Source: Escherichia coli
GTDB lineage: Bacteria; Pseudomonadota; Gammaproteobacteria; Enterobacterales; Enterobacteriaceae
Reading direction: 5' to 3' (one strand)
Length of the DNA: 64,000 nucleotides
NCBI RefSeq assembly: GCF_003790525.1
Contig: NZ_CP033635.1
Below the pieces are notes generated by a model. The model did no database searches. It worked only from the letters and a program-made list of their open reading frames with translations, and was not told the DNA's origin. How positions within the stretch are numbered: position 1 is the first letter of the stretch; every line of letters starts with the position of its first letter. A program made the translations under genes and the position numbers. Positions 19,814-31,342 of this stretch are shown piece by piece.

Positions 19814-21235
19814 TCAGGCTTTCACATCACTCACTGCACCGACCGGAATATCAGCATGAACAGGCTCGGGCGGTACTTTGCGATATTTATCCAGCAGATG
19901 GATCTGGATCCTGCGCAGCGTGTCACCATTGAGGCGATAGAAACGGAAGTAGAGAATCAGCGTTACCATGAAAAACAGAGTGGGTAGAGCAATCATAATA
20001 AACTGCATACCTAATAGGGCTTGCGTAGACTGTTCAACATTCGGTACATAGCCAATCATCCCTAACACAACCGCAATGAAAAAAGCCGCAAAGGCTGAAC
20101 CGCCCTTCACCACCATAGTCTGCACGGAGTAAGCGATGCTTTCACAGCGTACGTGCAGTTTATATTCACCGTAATCAACGGTATCTGCCACCATGATGAC
20201 CTGTAATACCCAGAAAAGCGCCGTTCCCACATTCAGCAAAATACCCGCAATCACAATGAGGACGACGTTGTGATAGCTCATTAATGCCATTAACAGGAGA
20301 ACACCACAGCTTAACACCGGAAGAATAGATGCTCCGGCCCATAAAATGCGTCGGGATAATGATTTAACTAAGCGTGGGAAGAATACTAACGTCACCAGGT
20401 TAGCAGCTCCCGCATACGACAGATAATAGGGGAACAAATCCGCATCACCGATAACATATGAGAAATAATAGATAGCAAAGCCGGTAATAATATTGCTGGC
20501 TACATTATAAGCAAGAGCCATACCCAAGAGGCATGAAAGCTGATCGTTTTTATAAATAAGCGCAACGATGGCTTTAAGTGTCAGATGGCTTCCTTCAGCA
20601 GACGGCTGATTGTCTGACGAAAAGACTTCATGCACATTGCGCAGAGTGATGATGGTTGAAACAATAAAAAAGGCGATCAGTACCAGAGTGAACATCTGAA
20701 AGCCAAATCCCCGATCGCCACCGCCGACATAATTAACAAATGGTAGCGTCACACCTGCCGTAACAAAGCCCGCCAGACTGGCAAAAAAACGCGGATAAGG
20801 AACCAGTTGTTCGCGCTCACGTTTATCGAGCGTTATGGTTGGAACCAGCGACCAGAAGGGAATATCCATAATGGTGTAAGTCATGCCCCAGAGGATGTAG
20901 GTCACGCAAACAAAGACAATCTGAGTAGTACCTTCAAACAGATGCGCACTAAAGAGGAGAAATAAGATTACAGAGTTTGCCAACGTACCGATCAGGATCC
21001 AGGGTTTGAACTTACCCCATCGCGATCGCGTAGCATTTACAATCCATCCCATAATCGGATCGTTAATAGCATCCCAGATCCTCGCCACCAGAAACAAAGT
21101 ACCGACCAAACCCACAGACAGTCCGACGACATCGGTGTAGTAATACATGAGATACATATACACAATGCCGATCGCAAAATCCTTCCCGAACGCTCCAAAT
21201 CCATAACTGAGTTTTGTAGTCATTGAAATGCTCAT
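19814..21235 (-). CDS. melB: Melibiose:cation symporter
   Basis: 473 aa from [20 protein letters not shown]…; GPH-family transporter. Confidence 0.95.
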   Translation of the reverse strand: MSISMTTKLSYGFGAFGKDFAIGIVYMYLMYYYTDVVGLSVGLVGTLFLVARIWDAINDPIMGWIVNATRSRWGKFKPWILIGTLANSVILFLLFSAHLFEGTTQIVFVCVTYILWGMTYTIMDIPFWSLVPTITLDKREREQLVPYPRFFASLAGFVTAGVTLPFVNYVGGGDRGFGFQMFTLVLIAFFIVSTIITLRNVHEVFSSDNQPSAEGSHLTLKAIVALIYKNDQLSCLLGMALAYNVASNIITGFAIYYFSYVIGDADLFPYYLSYAGAANLVTLVFFPRLVKSLSRRILWAGASILPVLSCGVLLLMALMSYHNVVLIVIAGILLNVGTALFWVLQVIMVADTVDYGEYKLHVRCESIAYSVQTMVVKGGSAFAAFFIAVVLGMIGYVPNVEQSTQALLGMQFIMIALPTLFFMVTLILYFRFYRLNGDTLRRIQIHLLDKYRKVPPEPVHADIPVGAVSDVKA

Positions 21236-21337
21236 AGGGTATCGGGTCGCTGTTACCAACGCCCGCCTTCTGTTATTGGTATCGTCAGAGGTGTGCGCCG
21301 GAATAAATCCCCCGGCGCAGTAGCGTTTAGTCGCGTT

Positions 21338-22693
21338 TTAACGGTGCAACCAGCCTGGCAGCCAGTCGCCGTGGGCGGCAATCAGGTCGTCAACAAGAGC
21401 ATATATTTCGTCAATGCCCAGCACGGCGGCAGTATGCGGGTCCATCATCGCGGCGTGGTAAACACGGTCGCGATTTTCCGTAAGAATAGCTTCGGTCAGC
21501 AGCGTCTGTACGTTGATGTTGGTTTGCATCAGGGCGGCCAGATGCGAAGGTAGCGTACCGACTTTGGTCGGCTGAATGCCATTAGCATCAACCAGACAGG
21601 CTACTTCCACGCAACATCCTTGTGGCAGGTTATCAATCAATCCATCGTTACGGACGTTGCCGTAAATCACACTCGGCTCGCCAGTCCAGATAGCGTTCAT
21701 GATTGTGCTGGCATATTCCCGTGACGGTTTAATATCAATCCGGGAGGCGTTCTTATACTCCTCCAGCTCTTTATGCCAGTTTGCCAATTGTTCGACGCAG
21801 CGTTTCGGGTACTCATCCAGCGGTACTTTATAACGCTCAATCAAATCCTCACGACCAGGCTTAATAAACCACGGTGTGTATTCAGCAAAATGTTCTGACG
21901 ATTCCGTGACGAAGTAGCCCAGCTTTTTGAACATTTCATAACGCACAATATTCTGGCAGCGAGTATTGCCATGAATATTCGGCTTCGGTGCCTGCCCTGC
22001 GTCATACGCTGCCAGCAGTTCCGGGTAGAGATTCACGTAACTGCCGTCGGCGGTTTTGCGCTCCAGTTCCAGGTAAAACGCCATATGGTTGATACCTGCG
22101 CAACGGTAACGCAGCGTAGCCGGGTCGATATTGAGGTCACGCGCCAGCTCTTCCGCCGTTCCCTGCACCGAATGGCACAGCCCTACCTGTTTGATATGCG
22201 GATAGCGGGCATACATCGCCCAGGTATTCATCGCCATTGGGTTAACGTAGTTGAGCATGGTGGCATCGGGGCAGACTTCCGTCATGTCCTCGCAAATTTG
22301 CCACAGATGCGGAATGGTACGTAGCGCGCGCATAATACCGCCCGGCCCCAACGTATCGGCAATGGTTTGTTCCAGACCATGCCGCTTACAGACCTCGAAA
22401 TCAGTCACCGTGCAAGGTTCATAACCGCCAATCTGAAATGCCACCACCACAAAATCGGCATCCTGTAAGGCTTCTTTCTGTTGGGTGTGGCAGGTGATTT
22501 TGCCGCTGGCCCCTGCTGAATCCATCAGCTTACGCACCACAATGTGCGACTCTTCCAGGCGGGTGGGATCGATATCCATCAGGGCAATATGCGCCGTTTT
22601 CAGCGCCTCACGATGGAACACATCACCAAGAATATTTTTAACGAAAATCGTCGAACCAGCGCCGATAAATGTAATTTTAGGTGCAGACATCAT
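21338..22693 (-). CDS. melA: Alpha-galactosidase (NAD/Mn-dependent, GH4)
   Basis: 451 aa; N-terminal Rossmann GxGS motif (IGAGSTIF). Confidence 0.95.
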   Translation of the reverse strand: MMSAPKITFIGAGSTIFVKNILGDVFHREALKTAHIALMDIDPTRLEESHIVVRKLMDSAGASGKITCHTQQKEALQDADFVVVAFQIGGYEPCTVTDFEVCKRHGLEQTIADTLGPGGIMRALRTIPHLWQICEDMTEVCPDATMLNYVNPMAMNTWAMYARYPHIKQVGLCHSVQGTAEELARDLNIDPATLRYRCAGINHMAFYLELERKTADGSYVNLYPELLAAYDAGQAPKPNIHGNTRCQNIVRYEMFKKLGYFVTESSEHFAEYTPWFIKPGREDLIERYKVPLDEYPKRCVEQLANWHKELEEYKNASRIDIKPSREYASTIMNAIWTGEPSVIYGNVRNDGLIDNLPQGCCVEVACLVDANGIQPTKVGTLPSHLAALMQTNINVQTLLTEAILTENRDRVYHAAMMDPHTAAVLGIDEIYALVDDLIAAHGDWLPGWLHR

Positions 22694-22771
22694 GCAGATC
22701 TCCTGGCTTGCTTGAATGACTTCATCATGGCAGGCGAATCTGCAGAAAACCTCCGGCTTCCAGGTTGAGCA

Positions 22772-22827
22772 TTCCCATAAACTCAGATCCTGCGTGAAGT
22801 ATCAGTAAATCTGAGTTTATGGGAATA
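22772..22827. promoter_or_regulatory. Inverted repeat in the melR/melAB divergent control region (probable MelR operator pair)
   Basis: attcccataaactcag (22772..22787) and its reverse complement ctgagtttatgggaat (22812..22827), separated by 24 bp. Confidence 0.5.
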
Positions 22828-22975
22828 AATTAGCTAAAAAGCAGAGTTTTCGGCCTCAGAATGCTCGGACGGTCCCCTCGCCCCTCTGGGAAGAGAGTGA
22901 AAACCGTGCTCCCACTCGCAGTCAACCTCCCTCACTCCTGCCATAATTCTGATATTCCAGGAAAGAGAGTCATCC

Positions 22976-23884
22976 ATGAATACAGATACGTTTATGTGCA
23001 GCAGCGACGAAAAGCAGACCCGTAGCCCACTGTCGCTGTATTCAGAATACCAGCGGATGGAAATTGAGTTTCGCGCACCACATATCATGCCCACCAGCCA
23101 CTGGCATGGTCAGGTCGAAGTGAATGTGCCTTTCGATGGCGATGTGGAATACCTGATCAACAATGAAAAAGTGAATATCAATCAGGGTCATATCACGCTG
23201 TTCTGGGCCTGCACACCGCACCAACTAACAGATACCGGAACCTGTCAGAGCATGGCGATTTTTAATCTGCCGATGCATCTGTTTCTCTCCTGGCCGCTGG
23301 ATAAAGACCTGATTAACCACGTTACTCACGGCATGGTGATCAAATCACTGGCGACACAGCAACTTAGCCCGTTTGAAGTGCGCCGCTGGCAGCAGGAATT
23401 GAACAGTCCGAACGAGCAAATTCGCCAGCTCGCCATTGATGAAATTGGCCTGATGCTCAAGCGATTTAGCCTCTCTGGCTGGGAACCGATTCTGGTCAAT
23501 AAAACCTCGCGCACACACAAAAACAGCGTCTCGCGCCATGCGCAATTTTATGTCAGCCAGATGCTGGGCTTTATTGCCGAAAACTATGATCAGGCGCTGA
23601 CCATCAACGATGTGGCTGAGCACGTCAAACTTAACGCCAACTATGCAATGGGGATATTCCAGCGGGTCATGCAATTGACAATGAAACAGTACATTACCGC
23701 GATGCGCATCAACCACGTTCGCGCGTTACTGAGCGATACCGATAAAAGTATTCTCGATATTGCCCTGACGGCAGGCTTTCGTTCGAGTAGCCGTTTTTAC
23801 AGCACGTTCGGCAAATATGTCGGCATGTCGCCGCAACAATACCGCAAACTTAGCCAACAACGCCGCCAGGTGTTTCCCGGCTAA
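22976..23884 (+). CDS. melR: AraC-family melibiose operon activator
   Basis: 302 aa; C-terminal AraC-type HTH; divergent from melAB. Confidence 0.95.
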   Translation: MNTDTFMCSSDEKQTRSPLSLYSEYQRMEIEFRAPHIMPTSHWHGQVEVNVPFDGDVEYLINNEKVNINQGHITLFWACTPHQLTDTGTCQSMAIFNLPMHLFLSWPLDKDLINHVTHGMVIKSLATQQLSPFEVRRWQQELNSPNEQIRQLAIDEIGLMLKRFSLSGWEPILVNKTSRTHKNSVSRHAQFYVSQMLGFIAENYDQALTINDVAEHVKLNANYAMGIFQRVMQLTMKQYITAMRINHVRALLSDTDKSILDIALTAGFRSSSRFYSTFGKYVGMSPQQYRKLSQQRRQVFPG

Positions 23885-24082
23885 AGACGATATCAGTATC
23901 AGCCAAAAAAATAGTTTAGCCGTCGATAATAAGCAGTGAAAATAATTTAAAATAATCACATAACGTATTGTTTATAAAAATAAATATTTCAAAAATGTTT
24001 GTTTTTCACGCGCTTTACAGCCCGAAAAGGCCGGAAGATACTTGCCCGCAACGAAGATTCCTTCATAACCGGGTAAGCAATG

Positions 24083-26350
24083 ATGAAAGTATTAATTGTT
24101 GAAAGCGAGTTTCTCCATCAAGACACCTGGGTCGGTAACGCCGTTGAGCGTCTGGCAGATGCTTTAAGCCAGCAAAATGTTATCGTGATTAAATCCACCT
24201 CCTTTGATGATGGTTTTGCCATTCTCTCTTCAAACGAAGCCATTGACTGCCTGATGTTCAGCTACCAAATGGAACATCCGGACGAACATCAAAACGTCAG
24301 ACAATTGATCGGTAAGCTTCATGAGCGCCAACAAAACGTGCCGGTCTTCCTGTTGGGTGATCGGGAAAAAGCCCTCGCCGCAATGGACCGGGATCTGCTG
24401 GAGCTTGTCGATGAATTCGCCTGGATACTGGAAGATACCGCCGACTTTATCGCCGGACGCGCCGTTGCCGCGATGACCCGCTACCGCCAGCAGCTGTTGC
24501 CGCCACTGTTCAGCGCGCTGATGAAATATAGCGACATCCATGAATATTCCTGGGCAGCGCCAGGCCACCAGGGCGGCGTTGGTTTTACTAAAACACCCGC
24601 CGGACGTTTCTACCATGACTACTATGGTGAAAACCTGTTCCGCACCGACATGGGCATCGAACGCACTTCCCTCGGTTCTTTGCTTGACCATACTGGCGCA
24701 TTTGGCGAAAGCGAAAAATATGCCGCACGCGTATTTGGTGCCGATCGCTCCTGGTCGGTAGTCGTCGGTACTTCCGGCTCTAACCGCACCATCATGCAGG
24801 CTTGCATGACCGATAACGATGTCGTGGTCGTTGACCGTAACTGCCATAAATCCATCGAACAAGGCTTGATGCTGACAGGCGCGAAACCGGTCTACATGGT
24901 GCCAAGCCGCAACCGCTACGGCATTATCGGGCCAATCTATCCGCAGGAAATGCAACCTGAAACCTTGCAGAAGAAAATCAATGAAAGCCCGCTGACTAAA
25001 GACAAAGCCGGGCAAAAACCGTCTTACTGCGTGGTGACCAACTGCACCTATGACGGCGTGTGTTATAACGCTAAAGAAGCACAGGATCTGCTGGAAAAAA
25101 CCTCCGATCGTCTGCACTTTGACGAAGCCTGGTACGGCTATGCACGTTTCAACCCGATCTATGCCGATCACTATGCCATGCGCGGCGAACCTGGCGATCA
25201 CAACGGTCCTACCGTTTTCGCCACCCACTCCACCCACAAACTGCTGAATGCGCTGTCACAGGCCTCTTATATTCATGTACGTGAAGGTCGTGGGGCGATT
25301 AACTTCTCCCGCTTCAACCAGGCCTACATGATGCATGCCACCACCTCCCCGCTGTATGCCATCTGCGCATCCAACGACGTGGCGGTGTCGATGATGGACG
25401 GCAACAGCGGCCTGTCACTGACCCAGGAAGTGATCGACGAAGCGGTTGATTTCCGTCAGGCGATGGCGCGGCTATATAAAGAGTTCACCGCTGACGGTAG
25501 CTGGTTCTTCAAACCGTGGAACAAAGAAGTCGTCACCGACCCACAAACCGGCAAAACCTATGACTTTGCTGACGCACCAACCAAACTGCTGACCACCGTT
25601 CAGGACTGCTGGGTCATGCATCCGGGCGAAAGCTGGCACGGCTTCAAAGATATTCCGGATAACTGGAGTATGCTCGACCCGATTAAAGTCAGCATCCTTG
25701 CTCCGGGAATGGGTGAAGATGGTGAACTGGAAGAAACCGGTGTTCCGGCGGCGCTGGTCACAGCCTGGCTTGGTCGCCACGGCATTGTGCCTACCCGTAC
25801 CACTGACTTCCAGATTATGTTCCTGTTCTCTATGGGCGTGACCCGTGGGAAATGGGGAACTCTGGTTAACACCCTTTGCTCCTTCAAACGCCACTATGAT
25901 GCCAACACACCGCTGGCGCAGGTGATGCCGGAACTTGTTGAACAATATCCTGACACTTACGCGAACATGGGGATTCACGATCTGGGTGACACCATGTTTG
26001 CCTGGCTGAAAGAAAACAACCCTGGCGCACGGTTGAATGAAGCCTATTCCGGCCTACCGGTGGCGGAAATCACCCCGCGTGAAGCGTACAACGCGATTGT
26101 CGACAACAATGTCGAACTGGTATCCATTGAAAATCTGCCAGGACGTATCGCGGCAAACTCAGTTATCCCGTATCCGCCAGGAATCCCGATGCTGCTGTCT
26201 GGTGAAAACTTCGGCGATAAAAACAGTCCGCAAGTAAGTTATTTACGCTCGCTGCAATCCTGGGACCATCATTTCCCTGGATTTGAACACGAAACAGAAG
26301 GGACAGAAATTATTGACGGTATTTACCACGTTATGTGTGTGAAAGCGTAA
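24083..26350 (+). CDS. adiA: Acid-inducible (biodegradative) arginine decarboxylase
   Basis: 755 aa from MKVLIVESEF…; paralogous architecture to CadA. Confidence 0.95.
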   Translation: MKVLIVESEFLHQDTWVGNAVERLADALSQQNVIVIKSTSFDDGFAILSSNEAIDCLMFSYQMEHPDEHQNVRQLIGKLHERQQNVPVFLLGDREKALAAMDRDLLELVDEFAWILEDTADFIAGRAVAAMTRYRQQLLPPLFSALMKYSDIHEYSWAAPGHQGGVGFTKTPAGRFYHDYYGENLFRTDMGIERTSLGSLLDHTGAFGESEKYAARVFGADRSWSVVVGTSGSNRTIMQACMTDNDVVVVDRNCHKSIEQGLMLTGAKPVYMVPSRNRYGIIGPIYPQEMQPETLQKKINESPLTKDKAGQKPSYCVVTNCTYDGVCYNAKEAQDLLEKTSDRLHFDEAWYGYARFNPIYADHYAMRGEPGDHNGPTVFATHSTHKLLNALSQASYIHVREGRGAINFSRFNQAYMMHATTSPLYAICASNDVAVSMMDGNSGLSLTQEVIDEAVDFRQAMARLYKEFTADGSWFFKPWNKEVVTDPQTGKTYDFADAPTKLLTTVQDCWVMHPGESWHGFKDIPDNWSMLDPIKVSILAPGMGEDGELEETGVPAALVTAWLGRHGIVPTRTTDFQIMFLFSMGVTRGKWGTLVNTLCSFKRHYDANTPLAQVMPELVEQYPDTYANMGIHDLGDTMFAWLKENNPGARLNEAYSGLPVAEITPREAYNAIVDNNVELVSIENLPGRIAANSVIPYPPGIPMLLSGENFGDKNSPQVSYLRSLQSWDHHFPGFEHETEGTEIIDGIYHVMCVKA

Positions 26351-26467
26351 CCACTATTCCGCTGAAGGCGTAATTGTTAAATAACATTACGCCGCCTAGC
26401 TTGAGGCCTTTTAAGTATGGCAACGTTTTCATAAAAATTGCTGCAAACAAAAAATGTCATACTTTTT

Positions 26468-26494
26468 GCGCGGTCCCACCCCGCGCTTTTTTTT
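26468..26494 (+). terminator. Rho-independent terminator downstream of adiA
   Basis: Stem gcgcgg / ccgcgc with 7-nt loop followed by TTTTTTTT. Confidence 0.6.
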
Positions 26495-26685
26495 GCCTGT
26501 TATTTATCCTTTTTTTAGCCTGTAAAAAAATATGTACATGAGAAATTACTATAAAAATTTGTAATATTAGTAAAACTCGTTATTTTTATGCATGTTTATA
26601 TTCATCATACAATTATATAACCATTTCCCGGTATCGCTTCGCTTTAGCGAGAACTGGTCTTTTATTCGCACTCAGGAGTACATGT

Positions 26686-27447
26686 ATGAGGATTTGCAGC
26701 GACCAACCTTGTATTGTTTTATTGACTGAAAAAGATGTCTGGATAAGGGTGAATGGGAAAGAACCTATTAGCCTTAAAGCTAACCACATGGCGTTATTAA
26801 ATTGTGAAAATAATATTATCGACGTCTCCTCTCTTAATAACACTTTGGTTGCTCATATTAGTCACGACATCATCAAAGATTACCTCCGGTTTCTGAATAA
26901 AGATCTCTCGCAAATACCAGTATGGCAACGTAGCGCTACGCCCATCCTCACCCTGCCATGCCTGACGCCAGACGTCTTTCGCGTTGCCGCGCAACATAGC
27001 ATGATGCCCGCTGAAACTGAGTCAGAAAAGGAACGAACACGTGCATTATTATTCACTGTGCTATCCCGTTTTCTCGACAGTAAAAAATTCCTTTCATTAA
27101 TGATGTATATGTTACGTAATTGTGTAAGTGACAGCGTTTATCAAATTATTGAAAGCGATATCCACAAAGACTGGAATCTTAGTATGGTAGCCAGTTGTTT
27201 ATGTCTTAGCCCAAGTCTGTTAAAGAAAAAGCTGAAAAGCGAAAACACCAGTTATAGCCAAATAATCACCACCTGCCGCATGCGTTATGCCGTAAATGAA
27301 TTAATGATGGACGGTAAAAATATCTCTCAGGTATCACAGTCCTGCGGCTACAACAGTACGTCGTACTTTATTTCTGTCTTTAAAGACTTCTACGGTATGA
27401 CGCCGCTGCATTATGTTAGTCAGCACAGAGAACGCACTGTCGCCTGA
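26686..27447 (+). CDS. adiY: AraC-family regulator of the arginine-dependent acid resistance genes
   Basis: 253 aa; C-terminal AraC HTH; between adiA and adiC. Confidence 0.93.
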   Translation: MRICSDQPCIVLLTEKDVWIRVNGKEPISLKANHMALLNCENNIIDVSSLNNTLVAHISHDIIKDYLRFLNKDLSQIPVWQRSATPILTLPCLTPDVFRVAAQHSMMPAETESEKERTRALLFTVLSRFLDSKKFLSLMMYMLRNCVSDSVYQIIESDIHKDWNLSMVASCLCLSPSLLKKKLKSENTSYSQIITTCRMRYAVNELMMDGKNISQVSQSCGYNSTSYFISVFKDFYGMTPLHYVSQHRERTVA

Positions 27448-27583
27448 TTTTTAACCTTAACGAAGAGCTATATTAATAACGGCATCAGCGATAACCCGGC
27501 CGATAATAATTCAACTATCGAATGCAGGCGTATGATATGACGTAATTTATTGTCACGAAGCTCGCCTTCGCAGGAGTTTAATT

Positions 27584-28921
27584 ATGTCTTCGGATGCTGA
27601 TGCTCACAAAGTGGGCTTAATCCCCGTCACCCTGATGGTGTCGGGGAATATTATGGGGTCAGGTGTTTTTCTGTTACCTGCAAACCTGGCCTCCACTGGC
27701 GGGATTGCCATTTATGGATGGTTGGTGACGATTATCGGTGCGCTGGGGCTCTCGATGGTATACGCCAAAATGTCGTTCCTCGACCCAAGTCCTGGTGGTT
27801 CTTACGCTTACGCCCGCCGCTGCTTTGGCCCGTTTCTCGGTTATCAAACCAACGTCCTCTACTGGCTGGCCTGCTGGATCGGCAATATCGCCATGGTGGT
27901 CATTGGCGTAGGATATTTAAGTTACTTCTTCCCGATTCTGAAAGATCCACTGGTATTAACCATCACCTGCGTCGTGGTGCTGTGGATCTTCGTCCTGCTG
28001 AACATTGTCGGTCCGAAAATGATCACCCGCGTGCAGGCCGTTGCCACCGTGCTGGCGCTGATCCCCATCGTCGGGATTGCCGTATTTGGCTGGTTCTGGT
28101 TCCGTGGTGAAACCTATATGGCGGCATGGAACGTCAGCGGCCTGGGCACCTTCGGCGCGATTCAAAGTACCCTTAACGTTACGCTGTGGTCGTTCATCGG
28201 TGTGGAAAGTGCCTCCGTTGCCGCAGGTGTGGTGAAAAACCCGAAACGCAACGTCCCTATCGCCACCATTGGTGGGGTATTGATTGCCGCCGTTTGCTAT
28301 GTGCTCTCCACCACCGCGATTATGGGGATGATCCCTAATGCCGCACTGCGCGTTTCTGCCTCGCCATTCGGTGATGCCGCACGGATGGCGTTGGGTGACA
28401 CCGCCGGGGCCATTGTTTCCTTCTGCGCAGCTGCGGGTTGCTTAGGTTCACTGGGCGGCTGGACGTTGCTGGCGGGTCAAACGGCGAAAGCCGCTGCCGA
28501 TGACGGACTGTTCCCACCGATTTTTGCCCGTGTAAATAAAGCGGGCACGCCAGTGGCGGGGCTGATTATCGTCGGTATTTTGATGACCATCTTCCAGCTC
28601 AGTAGCATTTCGCCAAACGCGACTAAAGAGTTCGGTCTGGTGTCTTCCGTGTCGGTCATCTTTACACTGGTGCCATATCTTTACACCTGTGCGGCGTTAC
28701 TGCTGCTCGGCCACGGTCACTTTGGTAAAGCACGCCCGGCATATCTGGCAGTGACTACCATTGCCTTCCTCTACTGCATCTGGGCCGTGGTGGGGTCCGG
28801 GGCGAAAGAGGTTATGTGGTCATTTGTCACCCTAATGGTCATCACCGCCATGTATGCGCTGAATTACAACCGGCTGCATAAAAACCCGTATCCCTTAGAT
28901 GCACCAATAAGCAAAGATTAA
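27584..28921 (+). CDS. adiC: Arginine:agmatine antiporter
   Basis: 445-aa APC-family transporter, paralogous to CadB. Confidence 0.95.
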
Positions 28922-28946
28922 TTCCCCTTAATCAAGCACACATAAA

Positions 28947-28981
28947 AGCCAACCTTAAGAACTTAAGGTTGGCTTAATTTT
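28947..28981 (+). terminator. adiC rho-independent terminator
   Basis: 13-bp stem agccaaccttaag / cttaaggttggct with 2-nt loop, followed by taatttt. Confidence 0.6.
28962..28978 (+). promoter_or_regulatory. PmrA (BasR) box in the eptA promoter
   Basis: CTTAAG-gttgg-CTTAAT: two hexamer half-sites with 5-bp spacing, about 45 bp upstream of the eptA start; overlaps the right arm of the adiC terminator. Confidence 0.55.
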
Positions 28982-29024
28982 GCTTTGCGAGCATATGCGC
29001 ACTTTGTTCGATGGAAACACCGTG

Positions 29025-30668
29025 ATGTTGAAGCGCCTACTAAAAAGACCCTCTTTGAATTTACTCGCCTGGCTATTGTTAGCCGCTTTTTATATCTCTA
29101 TCTGCCTGAATATTGCCTTTTTTAAACAGGTGTTGCAGGCGCTGCCGCTGGACTCGCTGCATAACGTACTGGTTTTCTTGTCGATGCCGGTCGTCGCCTT
29201 CAGCGTGATTAATATTGTCCTGACACTAAGCTCTTTCTTGTGGCTTAATCGACCGCTGGCCTGCCTGTTTATTCTGGTCGGCGCAGCTGCACAATATTTC
29301 ATAATGACTTACGGCATCGTCATCGACCGCTCGATGATTGCCAATATTATTGATACCACTCCGGCAGAAAGTTATGCGTTGATGACACCGCAAATGTTAT
29401 TAACGCTGGGATTCAGCGGCGTGCTTGCTGCGCTGATTGCCTGCTGGATTAAAATCAAACCAGCCACCTCGCGCCTGCGCAGTGTTCTTTTCCGTGGAGC
29501 CAATATTCTGGTTTCTGTACTGCTGATTTTGCTGGTCGCCGCACTGTTTTATAAAGACTACGCCTCGTTGTTTCGCAATAACAAAGAGCTGGTGAAATCC
29601 TTAAGCCCCTCTAACAGCATTGTTGCCAGCTGGTCATGGTACTCCCATCAGCGACTGGCAAATCTGCCGCTGGTGCGAATTGGTGAAGACGCGCACCGCA
29701 ACCCGTTAATGCAGAACGAGACACGTAAAAATTTGACCATCCTGATTGTCGGCGAAACCTCGCGGGCGGAGAACTTCTCCCTCAACGGCTACCCGCGTGA
29801 AACTAACCCGCGGCTGGCAAAAGATAACGTGGTCTATTTTCCTAATACCGCATCTTGCGGCACGGCAACGGCAGTTTCAGTACCGTGCATGTTCTCGGAT
29901 ATGCCGCGTGAGCACTACAAAGAAGAGCTGGCACAGCACCAGGAAGGCGTGCTGGATATCATTCAGCGAGCGGGCATCAACGTGCTGTGGAATGACAACG
30001 ATGGCGGCTGTAAAGGCGTTTGCGATCGCGTACCTCACCAGAACGTCACCGCGCTGAACCTGCCTGGTCAGTGCATCAACGGCGAGTGCTATGATGAAGT
30101 ACTGTTCCACGGGCTGGAAGATTACATCAATAACCTGCAGGGTGATGGCGTGATTGTCTTACACACCATCGGCAGCCACGGCCCGACCTATTACAACCGC
30201 TATCCGCCGCAGTTCAGGAAATTTACCCCAACCTGCGACACTAACGAGATCCAGACCTGTACCCAAGAGCAACTGGTGAACACTTACGACAACACGCTGG
30301 TTTACGTCGACTATATTGTTGATAAAGCGATTAATCTGCTGAAAGAACATCAGGATAAATTTACCACCAGCCTGGTTTATCTTTCTGACCACGGTGAATC
30401 GTTAGGTGAAAATGGCATCTATCTGCACGGTCTGCCTTATGCCATCGCCCCGGATAGCCAAAAACAGGTGCCGATGCTGCTGTGGCTGTCGGAGGATTAT
30501 CAAAAACGGTATCAGGTTGACCAGAACTGCCTGCAAAAACAGGCGCAAACGCAACACTATTCACAAGACAATTTATTCTCAACCTTATTGGGCCTGACTG
30601 GCGTTGAGACGAAGTATTACCAGGCTGCGGATGATATTCTGCAAACTTGCAGGAGAGTGAGTGAATGA
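29025..30668 (+). CDS. eptA: Lipid A phosphoethanolamine transferase
   Basis: 547 aa from [12 protein letters not shown]…; N-terminal transmembrane domain plus periplasmic sulfatase-like domain. Confidence 0.93.
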   Translation: MLKRLLKRPSLNLLAWLLLAAFYISICLNIAFFKQVLQALPLDSLHNVLVFLSMPVVAFSVINIVLTLSSFLWLNRPLACLFILVGAAAQYFIMTYGIVIDRSMIANIIDTTPAESYALMTPQMLLTLGFSGVLAALIACWIKIKPATSRLRSVLFRGANILVSVLLILLVAALFYKDYASLFRNNKELVKSLSPSNSIVASWSWYSHQRLANLPLVRIGEDAHRNPLMQNETRKNLTILIVGETSRAENFSLNGYPRETNPRLAKDNVVYFPNTASCGTATAVSVPCMFSDMPREHYKEELAQHQEGVLDIIQRAGINVLWNDNDGGCKGVCDRVPHQNVTALNLPGQCINGECYDEVLFHGLEDYINNLQGDGVIVLHTIGSHGPTYYNRYPPQFRKFTPTCDTNEIQTCTQEQLVNTYDNTLVYVDYIVDKAINLLKEHQDKFTTSLVYLSDHGESLGENGIYLHGLPYAIAPDSQKQVPMLLWLSEDYQKRYQVDQNCLQKQAQTQHYSQDNLFSTLLGLTGVETKYYQAADDILQTCRRVSE

Positions 30669-31333
30669 AAATTCTGATTGTTGAAGACGATACGCTGTTA
30701 TTGCAGGGATTGATTCTGGCGGCGCAAACCGAAGGCTACGCGTGCGATGGCGTGACAACCGCGCGGATGGCGGAACAAAGCCTTGAGGCCGGTCATTACA
30801 GCCTGGTGGTACTGGATTTAGGGTTACCCGACGAAGATGGACTGCATTTTCTCGCCCGTATCCGGCAGAAAAAATACACCCTGCCGGTACTGATCCTCAC
30901 CGCTCGCGATACGCTGACCGACAAAATCGCCGGGCTGGATGTCGGTGCCGATGACTATCTGGTGAAGCCTTTTGCGCTGGAAGAGTTACACGCCCGTATC
31001 CGCGCCCTGCTACGACGCCATAATAATCAGGGCGAAAGTGAGCTGATTGTTGGCAATCTGACGCTGAATATGGGTCGCCGTCAGGTATGGATGGGCGGTG
31101 AAGAGTTGATTCTGACGCCCAAAGAATATGCTCTGCTGTCACGGTTAATGCTCAAAGCAGGCAGTCCGGTGCATCGGGAAATTCTCTACAACGACATCTA
31201 TAACTGGGACAATGAACCCTCGACCAACACCCTGGAAGTGCATATCCACAATCTGCGCGACAAAGTGGGCAAAGCCCGTATCCGCACCGTGCGCGGATTT
31301 GGCTATATGCTGGTCGCAAATGAGGAAAACTAA
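30665..31333 (+). CDS. basR: Response regulator BasR (PmrA), OmpR family
   Basis: 222 aa; receiver plus winged-helix domains; 4-bp overlap with eptA. Confidence 0.95.
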   Translation: MKILIVEDDTLLLQGLILAAQTEGYACDGVTTARMAEQSLEAGHYSLVVLDLGLPDEDGLHFLARIRQKKYTLPVLILTARDTLTDKIAGLDVGADDYLVKPFALEELHARIRALLRRHNNQGESELIVGNLTLNMGRRQVWMGGEELILTPKEYALLSRLMLKAGSPVHREILYNDIYNWDNEPSTNTLEVHIHNLRDKVGKARIRTVRGFGYMLVANEEN

Positions 31334-31342
31334 TTGAATCTG

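Noticed and set aside
24230-25237. 335-aa minus-strand ORF inside adiA
   Set aside because: Antisense to a confidently identified gene; no independent start context.
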